From assembly GCA_964650005.1 (NCBI GenBank), contig CAZYPZ010000013.1:8942-72941 (forward strand): a stretch of DNA of 64,000 bases, given 5' to 3'. Source of the DNA: an uncultured bacterium (lineage in GTDB: Bacteria > Armatimonadota > HRBIN16). The position numbers were made by a program, and so were the translations under genes. Below the pieces are notes generated by a model that was not told where the DNA came from, did no database searches, and saw nothing but the letters and a program-made list of their open reading frames with translations. This document shows positions 13,788-24,313 of the stretch, one piece after another. Positions within the stretch are counted from its first letter, which is position 1. The number at the start of each line of letters is the position of its first letter.

Positions 13788-14990
13788 ATGGCCAAGCAGC
13801 GATTTGAGCGCACCAAGCCCCATATGAACATTGGCACCATCGGGCACGTCGACCACGGTAAGACGACCTTGACGGCCGCGATCACCAAGGTTCTGGCCAG
13901 CGAGGGGTGGGCCAAGTACCAGGCTTACGACCAGATCGACTCTGCACCGGAAGAGCGCGAGCGTGGCGTAACCATCAACATTTATCACGCCGAGTATGAG
14001 ACGGCTAAGCGTCACTATGCGCACGTGGACTGCCCCGGCCACGCGGACTACATCAAGAACATGATCACGGGCGCCGCTCAGATGGACGGTGCGGTGCTGG
14101 TGGTGTCCGCCGCGGATGGTCCGATGCCGCAGACGCGCGAGCACATTCTTCTGGCCCGACAGGTGGGTGTGCCGTACATCGTGGTGTTCCTGAACAAGGA
14201 AGACATGGTGGACGACCCGGAACTGATCGAACTGGTCGAGATGGAAGTGCGCGAGCTGCTTTCCAAGTACGGCTTCCCCGGCGATGAGATACCGGTGATC
14301 ACCGGTTCCGGCCTTCAGGTGCTGGAAGGCACTGCTACGGGCCGCGATGACAAGTGGGCCGGTAAGATCTGGCAGCTGCTGGACGCGATCGACGAGTACA
14401 TCCCGACGCCTCAGCGCGATGTCGACAAGCCGTTCCTGATGCCGGTGGAAGACGTGTTCACGATCACGGGCCGCGGCACGGTGGTGACGGGCCGCGTGGA
14501 GCGCGGTATTCTGAAGGCCGGCGAGCAGGTGGAGATCGTGGGCATCGCGGAGAAGTCTCGGACTACGGTGGCCACCTCATTGGAGATGTTCCGCAAGATC
14601 CTGGACCAGATCGAGCCCGGCGACAATGCAGGTATCCTGTTGCGTGGTGTCGATCGCACCTCGGTTGAGCGCGGTATGGTTTTGGCCAAGCCCGGCAGCA
14701 TCAAGCCGCACACCAAGTTCATGGGCGAGATCTACGTGTTGACCAAGGATGAAGGCGGCCGTCACACGCCGTTCTTCAGTGGTTACCGTCCGCAGTTCTA
14801 CTTCCGTACAACGGATGTGACGGGCAGCATGCACCTTCCGGAAGGCGTAGAGATGGTGATGCCCGGCGACAACATCACGATTACCGGCGAGCTGATACAC
14901 CCAATCGCCATGGAAGAGGGACTTCGGTTTGCCGTGCGCGAGGGTGGTCACACCGTTGGCGCCGGCGTCGTTACCAAAGTCATCGAGTAA
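13788..14990 (+). CDS. tuf: Elongation factor Tu
   Basis: [23 protein letters not shown] and NKEDMVDD; 400 aa. Confidence 0.97.
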   Translation: MAKQRFERTKPHMNIGTIGHVDHGKTTLTAAITKVLASEGWAKYQAYDQIDSAPEERERGVTINIYHAEYETAKRHYAHVDCPGHADYIKNMITGAAQMDGAVLVVSAADGPMPQTREHILLARQVGVPYIVVFLNKEDMVDDPELIELVEMEVRELLSKYGFPGDEIPVITGSGLQVLEGTATGRDDKWAGKIWQLLDAIDEYIPTPQRDVDKPFLMPVEDVFTITGRGTVVTGRVERGILKAGEQVEIVGIAEKSRTTVATSLEMFRKILDQIEPGDNAGILLRGVDRTSVERGMVLAKPGSIKPHTKFMGEIYVLTKDEGGRHTPFFSGYRPQFYFRTTDVTGSMHLPEGVEMVMPGDNITITGELIHPIAMEEGLRFAVREGGHTVGAGVVTKVIE

Positions 14991-15011
14991 CCTGCAGGGA
15001 GGCGTATAGAT

Positions 15012-15332
15012 ATGGCGCGTCGGGATGTAACCCAAAACCGCGTGCGAATCCGTTTGCGGGCATATGATCACAAGATCTTGGACCAGTCGGTTCAGAAGAT
15101 CGTCGATACGGTTCGGCGCTCCGGCGCCAAGGTGACAGGCCCAGTGCTGTTGCCGACCGAGCGTAACCGTTTCTGTGTGATCCGTGGTCCGCATATCGAT
15201 AAGACCTCGATGGAGCATTTCGAATTGCTTACGCATAAGCGTCTGATCGACCTGTTCGATTCTGGACCGAAAACGATCGATGCGCTCATGCGTCTGGATC
15301 TGCCCAGCGGCGTGTACATCGAGATCAAATAG
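15012..15332 (+). CDS. rpsJ: 30S ribosomal protein S10
   Basis: [16 protein letters not shown]... Confidence 0.95.
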   Translation: MARRDVTQNRVRIRLRAYDHKILDQSVQKIVDTVRRSGAKVTGPVLLPTERNRFCVIRGPHIDKTSMEHFELLTHKRLIDLFDSGPKTIDALMRLDLPSGVYIEIK

Positions 15333-15343
15333 GAGTTACGGCA

Positions 15344-15976
15344 ATGGCAGTGCAGGCTATTCTGGGCAAGAAGATAGGCATGACACAGATCTTCGATGAA
15401 TCGGGTCGGGCCATTCCGGTGTCGGTCATCGAAGCAGGTCCGTGTGTCGTGACCCAGATCAAAACGCCCGAGAAGGATGGGTACATGGCCGTGCAGATGG
15501 GCTTCGGCGATGTGCAACCCAAACGGCTACCGAAGCCGCTGAAGGGCCATTTCGAAAAAGCGGGCGTGGAAGCCCGACGCTATCTGCGCGAAGTGCGCGT
15601 GGACGATGTGCAGGGGATCAACACCGGATCCGAAATCGGCGTCAGCGACGTGTTCAAAGCGGGCGACAAAGTGAAGGTGACAGGCACCAGCAAGGGGCGC
15701 GGATTTGCAGGCGTGGTCCGTCGGTACCACTTTCACGGTGGACCGATGTCTCACGGTTCCATGGTGCACCGCAAACCCCAGTCAAACGGAGCCACCGACG
15801 GCGCACGCACCTTCAAGGGCGTTCGGAAGCCGGGGCACATGGGTGATGAGACCGTTACCCAAAGTGGCGTGACCGTGGTCAAGGTTGACGCGGAGCGCAA
15901 TCTGTTGCTGGTGCGCGGCGGCGTGCCTGGCGCGAACGGCTGTCTGCTGTACATCGCCAGGGATGAGAGAGGCTGA
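15344..15976 (+). CDS. rplC: 50S ribosomal protein L3
   Basis: ILGKKIGMTQIFDESG... Confidence 0.95.
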   Translation: MAVQAILGKKIGMTQIFDESGRAIPVSVIEAGPCVVTQIKTPEKDGYMAVQMGFGDVQPKRLPKPLKGHFEKAGVEARRYLREVRVDDVQGINTGSEIGVSDVFKAGDKVKVTGTSKGRGFAGVVRRYHFHGGPMSHGSMVHRKPQSNGATDGARTFKGVRKPGHMGDETVTQSGVTVVKVDAERNLLLVRGGVPGANGCLLYIARDERG

Positions 15977-15981
15977 GCATC

Positions 15982-16611
15982 ATGGCAAAGATAAGCATAT
16001 ACAATAACGAAGGTGCTGCGGTCAGCGAACTGGAGTTGCGCGAAAGCGTGTTCGGCGCGGACCCGCGGGGCGATCTGTTCCACTCCGCTGTGGTGACCGA
16101 AGAGGCGAATGCCCGACAGGGAACCCATAAGTCCAAGACGCGCACAGAGGTGTCTGGCGGCGGGCGGAAACCATGGCGACAGAAGGGAACAGGCCGCGCC
16201 CGTCAGGGATCCTTCCGAGCGCCGCATTTCCGGCACGGAGGAGTTGTTTTCGGTCCACTGCCGCGTGACTATGGCAAGGGGCTTCCCAAGAAGATGCGCC
16301 GTTCAGCCATGCGTGGTGCTCTGACGATGCATCTGGAACATGACAGCCTGCGAGCCGTTGAGAGCCTGACGTTCGACACTCCCAGTACGAAGGCGGCGTC
16401 ATCGCTGTTGGACTCGCTGGGTATGAATGCGCAGCGTGTGCTGGTGCTATTGCCTGAATACGACAAGAGCGCGTATCTGAGTTTCCGGAATATCCCGGGA
16501 GTGGAGATCCGGTTTGCTCCGGCCGTGTCGGTGCGTGACTTGTTGCTGGCTCAGCAGGTGTTGACCACTCCCCACGCGCTGGAAGTGATGCAGGAGGCGC
16601 TGGACCGATGA
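15982..16611 (+). CDS. rplD: 50S ribosomal protein L4
   Basis: Typical L4 sequence in the conserved operon position. Confidence 0.93.
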   Translation: MAKISIYNNEGAAVSELELRESVFGADPRGDLFHSAVVTEEANARQGTHKSKTRTEVSGGGRKPWRQKGTGRARQGSFRAPHFRHGGVVFGPLPRDYGKGLPKKMRRSAMRGALTMHLEHDSLRAVESLTFDTPSTKAASSLLDSLGMNAQRVLVLLPEYDKSAYLSFRNIPGVEIRFAPAVSVRDLLLAQQVLTTPHALEVMQEALDR

Positions 16612-16898
16612 AACATCCCGCCGATATCGTGATGTACCCGGTGATCACCGAGAAGAGTACTGATAACGTGCTGCTTGGCAGATACACCTTCCGAGTGGCG
16701 ATGAGCGCCAATAAAATCGAGATCGCCCGAGCTATCGAGGTTTTATACAAGGTTGACGTGATCAAGGTGAACGTGATCACCACTCCAGGACGCGCCAAGC
16801 GTGTTGGCCGGGGAGCTTTGGGCCGCACATCCGACACGAAGAAGGCAATCGTCACCATCAAACCCGGCCAGCGTATCGACGCATTCGAGATGGCGTAG
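16608..16898 (+). CDS. rplW: 50S ribosomal protein L23
   Basis: Overlaps the rplD stop by 4 nt; L23 family. Confidence 0.93.
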   Translation: MKHPADIVMYPVITEKSTDNVLLGRYTFRVAMSANKIEIARAIEVLYKVDVIKVNVITTPGRAKRVGRGALGRTSDTKKAIVTIKPGQRIDAFEMA

Positions 16899-16936
16899 GC
16901 CGACGAAACGACAGGTGAGGGTAGAGGAGGCATTCA

Positions 16937-17770
16937 ATGCCGATTAGACAATATAAACCAACGACACCGTCGCGCCGGCACATGGCCGTTTCGACGTTTG
17001 ACGATATCACCCGGAAGAAACCCGAGAAATCGTTGACCGTAGGGCTGCACAAGACCGGCGGCAGAAACGCTCAGGGCAAAATCACCTCGCGATTCCGCGG
17101 AGGGGGCGTGCGCCGACTGTACCGGGTCATCGATTTCAAACGCGACAAGATGGATGTCCCGGGCAAGGTGGTCAGTATCGAATATGATCCGAACCGCTCA
17201 GCCCGCATCGCTTTAGTACAGTATGCCGATGGCGAGAAACGGTACATCATTTGTCCACTGGACCTGAAGGTGGGCGACCCCATAGTCTGCAGCGAAACTG
17301 CCGACATTCGGCCGGGAAACTGTCTGCCGATCCGGTGTATTCCTGTGGGTACTGTCATACACGCGATCGAGCTGAAGCCGGGCCGGGGAGCGCAGATGGT
17401 ACGCGGAGCCGGAGCCAGCGCTCAATTGATGGCCCGTGAAGGCATATACGCCCAAGTGCGTCTGCCAAGCGGCGAGGTGCGCATGGTGCATGTGAACTGC
17501 AAGGCCAGCATCGGGCAAGTGGGACACATCGAACACGAAAATGAATCGCTAGGAAAGGCCGGCAAGAGCAGGTACCTGGGTCGACGGCCACACGTACGGG
17601 GTTCCGCCATGAATCCAAACGACCACCCGCATGGCGGTGGTGAAGGCAAATCGCCTGTCGGGCGAAAAGACGGCCCTTCCACTCCATGGGGTAAGCCGGC
17701 TCTGGGTAAGAAGACACGTAATAACAAGACGACCGATAAATTCATCGTTCGGCGCCGGGGCAAGAAGTAG
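16937..17770 (+). CDS. rplB: 50S ribosomal protein L2
   Basis: Shows the standard L2 conserved blocks, including ...[12 protein letters not shown]... Confidence 0.96.
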   Translation: MPIRQYKPTTPSRRHMAVSTFDDITRKKPEKSLTVGLHKTGGRNAQGKITSRFRGGGVRRLYRVIDFKRDKMDVPGKVVSIEYDPNRSARIALVQYADGEKRYIICPLDLKVGDPIVCSETADIRPGNCLPIRCIPVGTVIHAIELKPGRGAQMVRGAGASAQLMAREGIYAQVRLPSGEVRMVHVNCKASIGQVGHIEHENESLGKAGKSRYLGRRPHVRGSAMNPNDHPHGGGEGKSPVGRKDGPSTPWGKPALGKKTRNNKTTDKFIVRRRGKK

Positions 17771-17857
17771 TCCGGCTGAACGACGCCTGGTAGTCGCGGC
17801 GCTTCGCCTGTCACACGGAGCGTCGCCGCCGGGGCAGCATCGTGGAGGAGTAACCAG

Positions 17858-18139
17858 ATGGCAAGATCGATCAAGAAAGGGCCCTTTACGGACTCATATC
17901 TGATCAAGAAAATCGAGCAGCTCAATGCGTCGAACGAGAAGCGGATCATCAAGACCTGGTCCCGACGTTCGACCATCCTGCCGATGATGCTGGGTCATAC
18001 CCTGGCGGTGCATGATGGACGCAAGCACATTCCGGTGTTTATTACCGAGAATATGGTCGGGCATAAGCTCGGCGAGTTTGCGCAAACCCGCACGTTCCGG
18101 GGTCATGCCGGCAGCGACAAGACAACGCGAAAGAAATAA
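17858..18139 (+). CDS. rpsS: 30S ribosomal protein S19
   Basis: [12 protein letters not shown]... Confidence 0.96.
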   Translation: MARSIKKGPFTDSYLIKKIEQLNASNEKRIIKTWSRRSTILPMMLGHTLAVHDGRKHIPVFITENMVGHKLGEFAQTRTFRGHAGSDKTTRKK

Positions 18140-18151
18140 CGGGGGACAACA

Positions 18152-18577
18152 ATGGCAAAGGCAGTCGCCAAATTTATACGTCTGTCGCCGCGCAAGTCCC
18201 GGCTCGTGATCGATGCGATTCGCGGACAGTATGTGAGCGATGCCCTGCTGTTCCTGCGTTATTCACCGCAGCGGGCCGCCAAGGCGATCTACAAAGTGGT
18301 GCATTCGGCAGCGGCGAACACCATGAATCAGGCAGAGAACGACCGGCGCGTGGTCGACGAGGATTCGTTGAAGATTACCGCGGCGTTCATCGATGAGGGG
18401 CCACGCATCAAACGGGTGCATCCGCGTGCCATGGGGCGCGTGTATCCCATCATCAAACCGATGTGTCACATCACGGTGGAGGTTGATGAGGTTCCGCGTG
18501 AGCGGAAGAGTACCAGCCGACAGCGCCGTGTGGCCGCATCGACAGCGGCGAACAAGAACGCCGCCACGGCCGAATAG
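18152..18577 (+). CDS. rplV: 50S ribosomal protein L22
   Basis: Standard L22 sequence in the conserved operon position. Confidence 0.93.
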   Translation: MAKAVAKFIRLSPRKSRLVIDAIRGQYVSDALLFLRYSPQRAAKAIYKVVHSAAANTMNQAENDRRVVDEDSLKITAAFIDEGPRIKRVHPRAMGRVYPIIKPMCHITVEVDEVPRERKSTSRQRRVAASTAANKNAATAE

Positions 18578-18602
18578 GCGAACCAGTCACAGGAGGAAGT
18601 CA

Positions 18603-19430
18603 TTGGGACAGAAGATACATCCGATCGGATACCGGGTCGGCATCATCCGTGACTATAGGAGCCACTGGTTCTCGGCCAAGGGCTACAGTCAATGGGTATA
18701 TGAGGACGCCAAAATCCGTCGGTTCTTGATGAAGGATCTGCCGAAGCGCCGCCAGGAACTGGCCAGCGCCGGTATTGCAGCCGTCGATATCAGCCGCGCG
18801 GCCAACCGGGTAGACGTGGTCATCCATACAGCACGCCCGGGTGTGGTGATCGGCCGACAAGGCAAAGGACTTGACGAGATCCGCGATGCATTGATAGCCA
18901 TTCTGGATCCGGGGTTGAAGCACCGCATGGCGCATTCGAAGAACGCGCAACCCAACGTGGACGTGCGACCGCGTGTGGAAGAGATCCGCGATCCGGATCG
19001 GTATGCGCAACTGGTGGCCGACAACATCGCCCAGTCCATCACACGACGTGTGGCGTTCAAACGCGCTATGCGGCAGGGTGTGATGCGAGCTATGCGCGCA
19101 GGTGCTCAGGGTATCAAGGTGCGCTGTGCGGGACGCCTGGGTGGCAGCGAAATGGCGCGTGTCGAGATGGTGAAGGAAGGCAAGATCCCCCTGCAGACCA
19201 TCCGTGCCGATGTGGATTATGCACTGGCCGAGGCGCCCACCACCTATGGCAATATCGGCGTCAAGGTGTGGATCTACCGCGGGGATGTGATGCCCGGCGA
19301 GATGGTGAACGAATCCGCCTTGGAGCCGCAGGGCGCGTCCCGACAATTGGGTGACCGGCGACGATCTGCTGGGCGGCGTGGATCCGGCAACGGTCCGTCG
19401 AGAAGGAGAAGCAGCCATGTTGATGCCTAG
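18603..19430 (+). CDS. rpsC: 30S ribosomal protein S3 with an Arg/Gly/Ser-rich C-terminal extension
   Basis: (L)[13 protein letters not shown]... N-terminus. TTG start preceded by an AGGAGG RBS at 18591-18596. The ORF-track start at 18393 overlaps rplV and was rejected. Confidence 0.85.
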   Translation: MGQKIHPIGYRVGIIRDYRSHWFSAKGYSQWVYEDAKIRRFLMKDLPKRRQELASAGIAAVDISRAANRVDVVIHTARPGVVIGRQGKGLDEIRDALIAILDPGLKHRMAHSKNAQPNVDVRPRVEEIRDPDRYAQLVADNIAQSITRRVAFKRAMRQGVMRAMRAGAQGIKVRCAGRLGGSEMARVEMVKEGKIPLQTIRADVDYALAEAPTTYGNIGVKVWIYRGDVMPGEMVNESALEPQGASRQLGDRRRSAGRRGSGNGPSRRRSSHVDA

Positions 19431-19884
19431 GAGGGTTAAGTACCGCAAGATGCACCGCGGGAACCGCCGAGGCGTGGCCTCTGGCGCCACCAAGCTGGAT
19501 TTTGGCGAATACGGTCTGCAGGCTCTGGAGTCCTGTTGGATGACCAGCAATCAGATCGAGGCGGCCCGTATCGCCATGACTCGCTACATCCGGCGCGGTG
19601 GAAAGATCTGGATTCGGATTTTTCCCGATAAGAGCTATACCAAGAAACCGGCTGAGACCCGCATGGGCTCCGGTAAGGGCGCGCCAGAAGGCTGGGTGGC
19701 CGTGGTGAAGCCGGGACGTATACTGTTTGAAATGGCCGGGCCGACTGAAGCCGTCGCCCGTGAGGCCATGCGGTTGGCTGCACACAAGTTGCCGATCGCG
19801 ACCAAGTTCGTCACACGACGCGATTTCGAGGTGAAGCATGAAGGCACTGAAGGCGGAGGATCTGCGGAAGCTGAGTCAGCCTGA
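19417..19884 (+). CDS. rplP: 50S ribosomal protein L16 (about 15 aa longer at the C-terminus than usual)
   Basis: [15 protein letters not shown]... with a GAAGGAGAAG RBS. Overlaps rpsC by 14 nt and rpmC by 47 nt. Confidence 0.88.
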   Translation: MLMPRRVKYRKMHRGNRRGVASGATKLDFGEYGLQALESCWMTSNQIEAARIAMTRYIRRGGKIWIRIFPDKSYTKKPAETRMGSGKGAPEGWVAVVKPGRILFEMAGPTEAVAREAMRLAAHKLPIATKFVTRRDFEVKHEGTEGGGSAEAESA

Positions 19885-20044
19885 GCTGGAGAAGCAGCTG
19901 CAGCAAGAAAGGGAGAGGCTATTCTCTCTGCGTCAGAACCGAGCGACCCGAAAACTGACTGACTCCGCGAGTGTACCGGTAGTGCGGCGAAACATCGCCC
20001 GACTGCTGACAATCATCTCGGAGCAGCGTCAGTCCGGCGCCTAG
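19838..20044 (+). CDS. rpmC: 50S ribosomal protein L29
   Basis: [21 protein letters not shown]... Confidence 0.9.
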   Translation: MKALKAEDLRKLSQPELEKQLQQERERLFSLRQNRATRKLTDSASVPVVRRNIARLLTIISEQRQSGA

Positions 20045-20059
20045 CACGGGGAGGTAAGC

Positions 20060-20335
20060 ATGGAAGAGGTACAGACAACCGCTGCGCGGGCGCGCCGGAA
20101 AGTACGGCAGGGGCGCGTAGTCAGCGACAAAATGGATAAGACAGTGGTCGTGGCGGTAGAAAACCGGGTGCGCCACCCGCTGTACGGCAAAACCGTGAAG
20201 TACACCAAACGCTATCACGTACACGATGAGACAAATGCGTGTGGTGTGGGCGATGTGGTTGAGATCATGGAAACGCGCCCGATCAGCCGCACCAAGTGTT
20301 GGCGTGTCGCTCGCGTTGTCGAGAAGGCCCGGTAA
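20060..20335 (+). CDS. rpsQ: 30S ribosomal protein S17
   Basis: [25 protein letters not shown]... Confidence 0.93.
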   Translation: MEEVQTTAARARRKVRQGRVVSDKMDKTVVVAVENRVRHPLYGKTVKYTKRYHVHDETNACGVGDVVEIMETRPISRTKCWRVARVVEKAR

Positions 20336-20349
20336 AGGAGAGCTGCGTC

Positions 20350-20718
20350 ATGATACAAATCTATTCGCGGCTCAAAGCCGCAGACAACAGCGGTGCCCGT
20401 CAATTGATGTGCATCCGGGTGCTGAAAGGCAGCAATGCCCGTTACGCCCGCGTGGGTGACATCATTGTGGCCGTCGTTAAATCGGCTACGCCGGGCATGC
20501 AGGTCAAAAAGAGCGATGTGGTCAAATGCGTGGTCGTTCGCACCCGCCGGCACATCAAGCGCAAGGACGGTTCGTCACTGCGCTTCGATGATAACGCGGC
20601 TGTGGTTCTGAACAACAACTTGGAGCCCCGCGGCACCCGTATCTTCGGGCCCGTGGCGCGTGAGCTGCGCGAACGCGGTCAGATGCGCGTGATCTCATTG
20701 GCTCCCGAAGTTCTGTAA
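20350..20718 (+). CDS. rplN: 50S ribosomal protein L14
   Basis: [17 protein letters not shown]... Confidence 0.95.
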   Translation: MIQIYSRLKAADNSGARQLMCIRVLKGSNARYARVGDIIVAVVKSATPGMQVKKSDVVKCVVVRTRRHIKRKDGSSLRFDDNAAVVLNNNLEPRGTRIFGPVARELRERGQMRVISLAPEVL

Positions 20719-20728
20719 GGAGGGGGTC

Positions 20729-21100
20729 ATGGCTCTTCAGAAGCATACCATACAGAAAACCGTGAAGCCCATGAAGATACGTAAGGGCGACATGGTGCAA
20801 GTGATAGCCGGAAAAGACAATGGGAAACGGGCGAAGGTGATCCAGGCGATCCCGGCAGACGGCAAGGTTGTGCTGGACGGCCTGAATCTGGTGGTGCGCC
20901 ATCAAAAGCGGCAGTCGACCAATCGGGCGACCCCCGAAAGTCAGACAGGCCGTATCACCAAGCCCGCTCCAATGCCGGTTGCTAAAGTCATGCTGGTCTG
21001 TCCGCATTGTTCCAAGTCGACTCGTATCGGCATGACGGTTGCGGGTGAGCAGCGCGTGCGGCAATGCAAGAAGTGCCGCGAAATCATAGATTCGGTGTAA
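20729..21100 (+). CDS. rplX: 50S ribosomal protein L24 with a C-terminal CxxC...CxxC zinc-ribbon extension
   Basis: [25 protein letters not shown] motif; GGAGGGGG RBS; C-terminal CPHCSKS...CKKC. Confidence 0.9.
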   Translation: MALQKHTIQKTVKPMKIRKGDMVQVIAGKDNGKRAKVIQAIPADGKVVLDGLNLVVRHQKRQSTNRATPESQTGRITKPAPMPVAKVMLVCPHCSKSTRIGMTVAGEQRVRQCKKCREIIDSV

Positions 21101-21104
21101 CGCG

Positions 21105-21659
21105 ATGAGCAACTACGAACCACGACTGAAGGCGCGGTACCGGGATGAGGTAGTCCCGTTGCTGATGGAAAAGTTCCAATACACCACAATCATGCAGGCG
21201 CCCAGATTGGTGAAGGTCGTCTTGAACATGGGTGTAGGACAGGGTGACAGCGACCCCAAACAGTTGGAAGGTGCAGTACGTGACCTTACGTTGATCTCAG
21301 GTCAGAAACCGCTGGTCACCAGGGCGCGTAAGTCCATCTCCAACTTCAAGATCCGACAGGGACATAAGATCGGCTGTAAAGTCACACTGCGCGGTAATGC
21401 AATGTGGGATTTCCTGGATAAATGGATGTCCATTACATTGCCGCGGGTGCGTGATTTCCAGGGTATCTCCCTGAACTCGTTTGACGGTCATGGCAATTTC
21501 GCTACCGGCATGCGCGAACAGATAGTGTTCCCTGAGATCAACTATGATCAGGTGGACCGAACACGGGGACTCGATGTGTGTATCGTCACCACGGCAAAGA
21601 CGGACCAGGAGGCGCGTGAGCTTTTGCGTGCCATGGGCATGCCGTTTGCCCGCAAATAG
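21105..21659 (+). CDS. rplE: 50S ribosomal protein L5
   Basis: Standard L5 sequence. Confidence 0.95.
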   Translation: MSNYEPRLKARYRDEVVPLLMEKFQYTTIMQAPRLVKVVLNMGVGQGDSDPKQLEGAVRDLTLISGQKPLVTRARKSISNFKIRQGHKIGCKVTLRGNAMWDFLDKWMSITLPRVRDFQGISLNSFDGHGNFATGMREQIVFPEINYDQVDRTRGLDVCIVTTAKTDQEARELLRAMGMPFARK

Positions 21660-21785
21660 CCCGATACACGCCGCGTGACACACGTGGCGTCCACACGGAA
21701 CACACGTAGCGGCGCCGTCTCGGTACCAGTACCGGGGCGGTTGTCCGCAACTCGAGGGTGAATTCCTAATCGCGGAGGCGTACCA

Positions 21786-23867
21786 GTGAAGCAGGTTGGT
21801 ATAGATGCGATCCGCAACATGGCCTTTTTAGGTCACGGCGGATCTGGCAAATCCAGTATGGCCGAAGCGCTGCTGTTCAGCGCGGCTAACATCGACCGTC
21901 TGGGTCGCGTGGATGACGGGAGCTCTTGCTCGGACTTCGACGACGACGAGAAGAAGAGGCATATCAGTATCAACCTCTCGGTGATACCCGTTCTCTGGAA
22001 AGAGACCAAGCTGAATATACTGGATGCCCCGGGCTTTTTGGACTTCGTGGGGGAAGTGTACAGCGCCCTGGCCGTCAGTGACGCCGCCGTCATTTTCACT
22101 CCGGCCACCAGCGCACTGGAAGTAGGTTTTCACATCGCCTGGGAACAGGTGGAAGATCGCAGTCTGCCTTGCGCTGTATGTGTCAATAAGATGGACCGTG
22201 AGAACGCCGATTTCGGCGCACGCGTGAGGGAATTGCGAGGAACATATGGCACCAAGGTGGTGCCGGTTGCGGTGCCTATCGGATCGCAGACAACGTTTGA
22301 CGGCGTGATCGACTTGCTCAACAACCGGGCGATCCAAGGCGTTGGGGCGGCTGCAAAGGAGGTTCCCGTCGATTCGGTCATCGGTGCTGTTCAAGACGAT
22401 CTGGACGAGTATCGTCAGTGGCTGACCGAAGCCGCCGCAGAAGGCGATGACGAATTGATGATGAAGTACCTGGAAGAGGAGCAGTTGACGCCAGAAGAGG
22501 TCGCACAGGGGATCGTCGCCGCCTTCAAGGCGGGAAAGATCGTTCCCGTGTTCGGTGCTTCTGCAGCCAACCCATCCGGCTTGACCGCTGTGCTGGATCT
22601 GATGGCACAGCTGTTCCCGACGCCGGCCGACAGAGGACCCGCACGGTCGGCAACAGGGGATGAGACTCGCCTGCCGTCTGACTCGGAGCCCTTCTCTGCT
22701 TTCGTTTTCAAGACGACCGCCGATCCGTTTGTGGGTAAGTTGACTTACTTCAAAGTGATGAGCGGGCAGCTCAAAGCCGATTCGCACGTGTGGAATGCCA
22801 ATAAGTCCCATGACGAGCGGATCGGACAACCATTCTTCCTGCGCGGAAAGACGCAAGCCAATACGGCTGTGGTCGGGGCGGGCGATATCGCCGCGGTATC
22901 CAAGTTGCAGGAGACTGGTACAAACGACACATTGTGCGATCGGGCCAAACCCATCGTGTACCCGCCAATCGCTTTCCCCAAGCCGGTGTACAGTCTGGCC
23001 GTGCGAGCCAAGAGCAAGGCCGATGAGGATAAGATGGGCAATGCGATCGCAAGAATGGCGGAAGAGGATCCAACATTTACCTACCATCGTGATCCCGAAA
23101 CCAGCCAGACGGTCATATCCGGCATGGGTGACACCCATTTGGATGTGGCGATGGCGCGAATGAAGCGCAAATTCGGTACCGAGGTGGAAACAGAGCCCAT
23201 CCGCATAGCTTATCGTGAGGCCATACAAGGCAAGGCAGAGGCGCAGGGACGACACAAGAAACAGACCGGAGGACGTGGGCAGTTTGGTGACTGCTGGATC
23301 CGGATCGAGCCTACAGAGCGTGGCGCCGGGTTCGAGTTTGCCGATGAGATCTTTGGAGGCGCTATCCCCAAGCAGTACGTGCCAGCTGTGGAAAAAGGTG
23401 TGCGTACCGCTATGGCGCGGGGTGTGATCGCCGGTTACCCTGTGGTGGATGTGAAAGTCACGGTGTACGATGGCTCGTTCCACACGGTTGACTCATCGGA
23501 CGCTGCATTCCAGATGGCCGGTATCTTGGCGTTCAATAACGCAGCTGCCAAGGCGGGGGTGGCGTTGCTGGAGCCGATCATGAAGGTCGAAGTGATCGTG
23601 CCGGAAGAAGACATGGGCGCGGTGATGAGCGACTTCAACGGCAAGCGTGGACGCGTTCTGGGAATGGAAAGCGCCGGAAAGGGACGACAGTTGGTGACGG
23701 CGCTGGTTCCGCAGGCGGAGATGCTTCGCTATGCAATCGATCTGCGCTCGATCACCCGGGGACGCGGCAGCTTTACCACCGAGTTCTCACACTACGAAGA
23801 AGTGCCGGCACATGTGGCCCAGCCTGTCATCGATGCGTATAAGGCGCAGAAGGCCAAAGACGAGTAG
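21786..23867 (+). CDS. EF-G paralogue of the EF-G-2/EFG-like type (translational GTPase), sitting inside the r-protein operon
   Basis: Five-domain EF-G architecture over 693 aa. The G1 motif is divergent (GHGGSGKSS rather than AHIDAGKTT); DAPG (G3) and NKMD (G4) are present, and the C-terminal QTGGRGQFG block is EF-G-like. GTG start with a GGAGG RBS. Confidence 0.85.
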   Translation: MKQVGIDAIRNMAFLGHGGSGKSSMAEALLFSAANIDRLGRVDDGSSCSDFDDDEKKRHISINLSVIPVLWKETKLNILDAPGFLDFVGEVYSALAVSDAAVIFTPATSALEVGFHIAWEQVEDRSLPCAVCVNKMDRENADFGARVRELRGTYGTKVVPVAVPIGSQTTFDGVIDLLNNRAIQGVGAAAKEVPVDSVIGAVQDDLDEYRQWLTEAAAEGDDELMMKYLEEEQLTPEEVAQGIVAAFKAGKIVPVFGASAANPSGLTAVLDLMAQLFPTPADRGPARSATGDETRLPSDSEPFSAFVFKTTADPFVGKLTYFKVMSGQLKADSHVWNANKSHDERIGQPFFLRGKTQANTAVVGAGDIAAVSKLQETGTNDTLCDRAKPIVYPPIAFPKPVYSLAVRAKSKADEDKMGNAIARMAEEDPTFTYHRDPETSQTVISGMGDTHLDVAMARMKRKFGTEVETEPIRIAYREAIQGKAEAQGRHKKQTGGRGQFGDCWIRIEPTERGAGFEFADEIFGGAIPKQYVPAVEKGVRTAMARGVIAGYPVVDVKVTVYDGSFHTVDSSDAAFQMAGILAFNNAAAKAGVALLEPIMKVEVIVPEEDMGAVMSDFNGKRGRVLGMESAGKGRQLVTALVPQAEMLRYAIDLRSITRGRGSFTTEFSHYEEVPAHVAQPVIDAYKAQKAKDE

Positions 23868-23899
23868 TAGTATTAGCGGGTCGGCCTACCGGTCGGCCC

Positions 23900-23918
23900 G
23901 TATTTTGCGGTATAATAT
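23900..23918 (+). promoter_or_regulatory. Possible internal promoter (-10 TATAAT) upstream of rpsN
   Basis: Perfect TATAAT hexamer (GCGGTATAATATC), rare in this GC-rich sequence, about 70 nt upstream of rpsN. The -35 is poor. Confidence 0.3.
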
Positions 23919-23990
23919 CACTCGTGCCCCATGGTCCCAGGCCCTCACAGGGCTTGGATGGCAAATGGGCGCCCATTCGGAGGAGACGAT

Positions 23991-24176
23991 TTGGCGAAGC
24001 ACTGCCTGATGCTGAAAGCTCGGCAGAAACCGAAATTCGGAGTGCGCCGGTATAACCGCTGCAACATCTGCGGCCGCCCTCATGCGTACTTCCGCAAGTT
24101 CGGCATCTGCCGGATCTGCTTCCGGGAAATGGCCCACAAAGGCCTGCTTCCGGGAGTCCATAAGGCTTCCTGGTAA
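23991..24176 (+). CDS. rpsN: 30S ribosomal protein S14, type Z (zinc-binding, 61 aa)
   Basis: [23 protein letters not shown] CxxC...CxxC motif. A TTG start preceded by GGAGGAG gives the canonical 61-aa length; the alternative ATG at 23958 would add an 11-aa extension. Confidence 0.85.
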   Translation: MAKHCLMLKARQKPKFGVRRYNRCNICGRPHAYFRKFGICRICFREMAHKGLLPGVHKASW

Positions 24177-24313
24177 CAGAAAGCTGAAGAACGGGGCGGC
24201 CGAAGGCCGTTCGCGATCGCCCCGCATGTTGTTCGCGCTCAGATACCTCCATCGTGCCGACAGGCTCGCAATGGACCGTCTGGACGCCGTATCGGAAAAC
24301 CAAGGAGACACGT

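Noticed and set aside
18393-18602. N-terminal 70 codons of the ORF-track rpsC frame overlapping rplV
   Set aside because: The S3 N-terminus ([10 protein letters not shown]) begins at a TTG at 18603 with a perfect AGGAGG RBS. The upstream extension is out-of-frame overlap with L22.
21786-23867. Possibility that the EF-G-like gene is a Tet(M)/Tet(O)-type ribosomal protection (antibiotic-resistance) gene
   Set aside because: The G1 motif (GHGGSGKSS), the DAPG G3 motif and the 693-aa length fit the EF-G-2/EFG-like housekeeping paralogue subfamily better than ribosome-protection proteins, which are about 640 aa with AHVDAGKTT-type G1. No flanking mobile-element genes, and composition matches the surroundings.
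23868-23930. GGTCGGCC-TACC-GGTCGGCCC after the EF-G-like gene, considered as an intrinsic terminator
   Set aside because: The two halves are a direct repeat, not an inverted repeat. Only a 4-bp GGCC/GGCC pairing is possible, so at most a weak structure.
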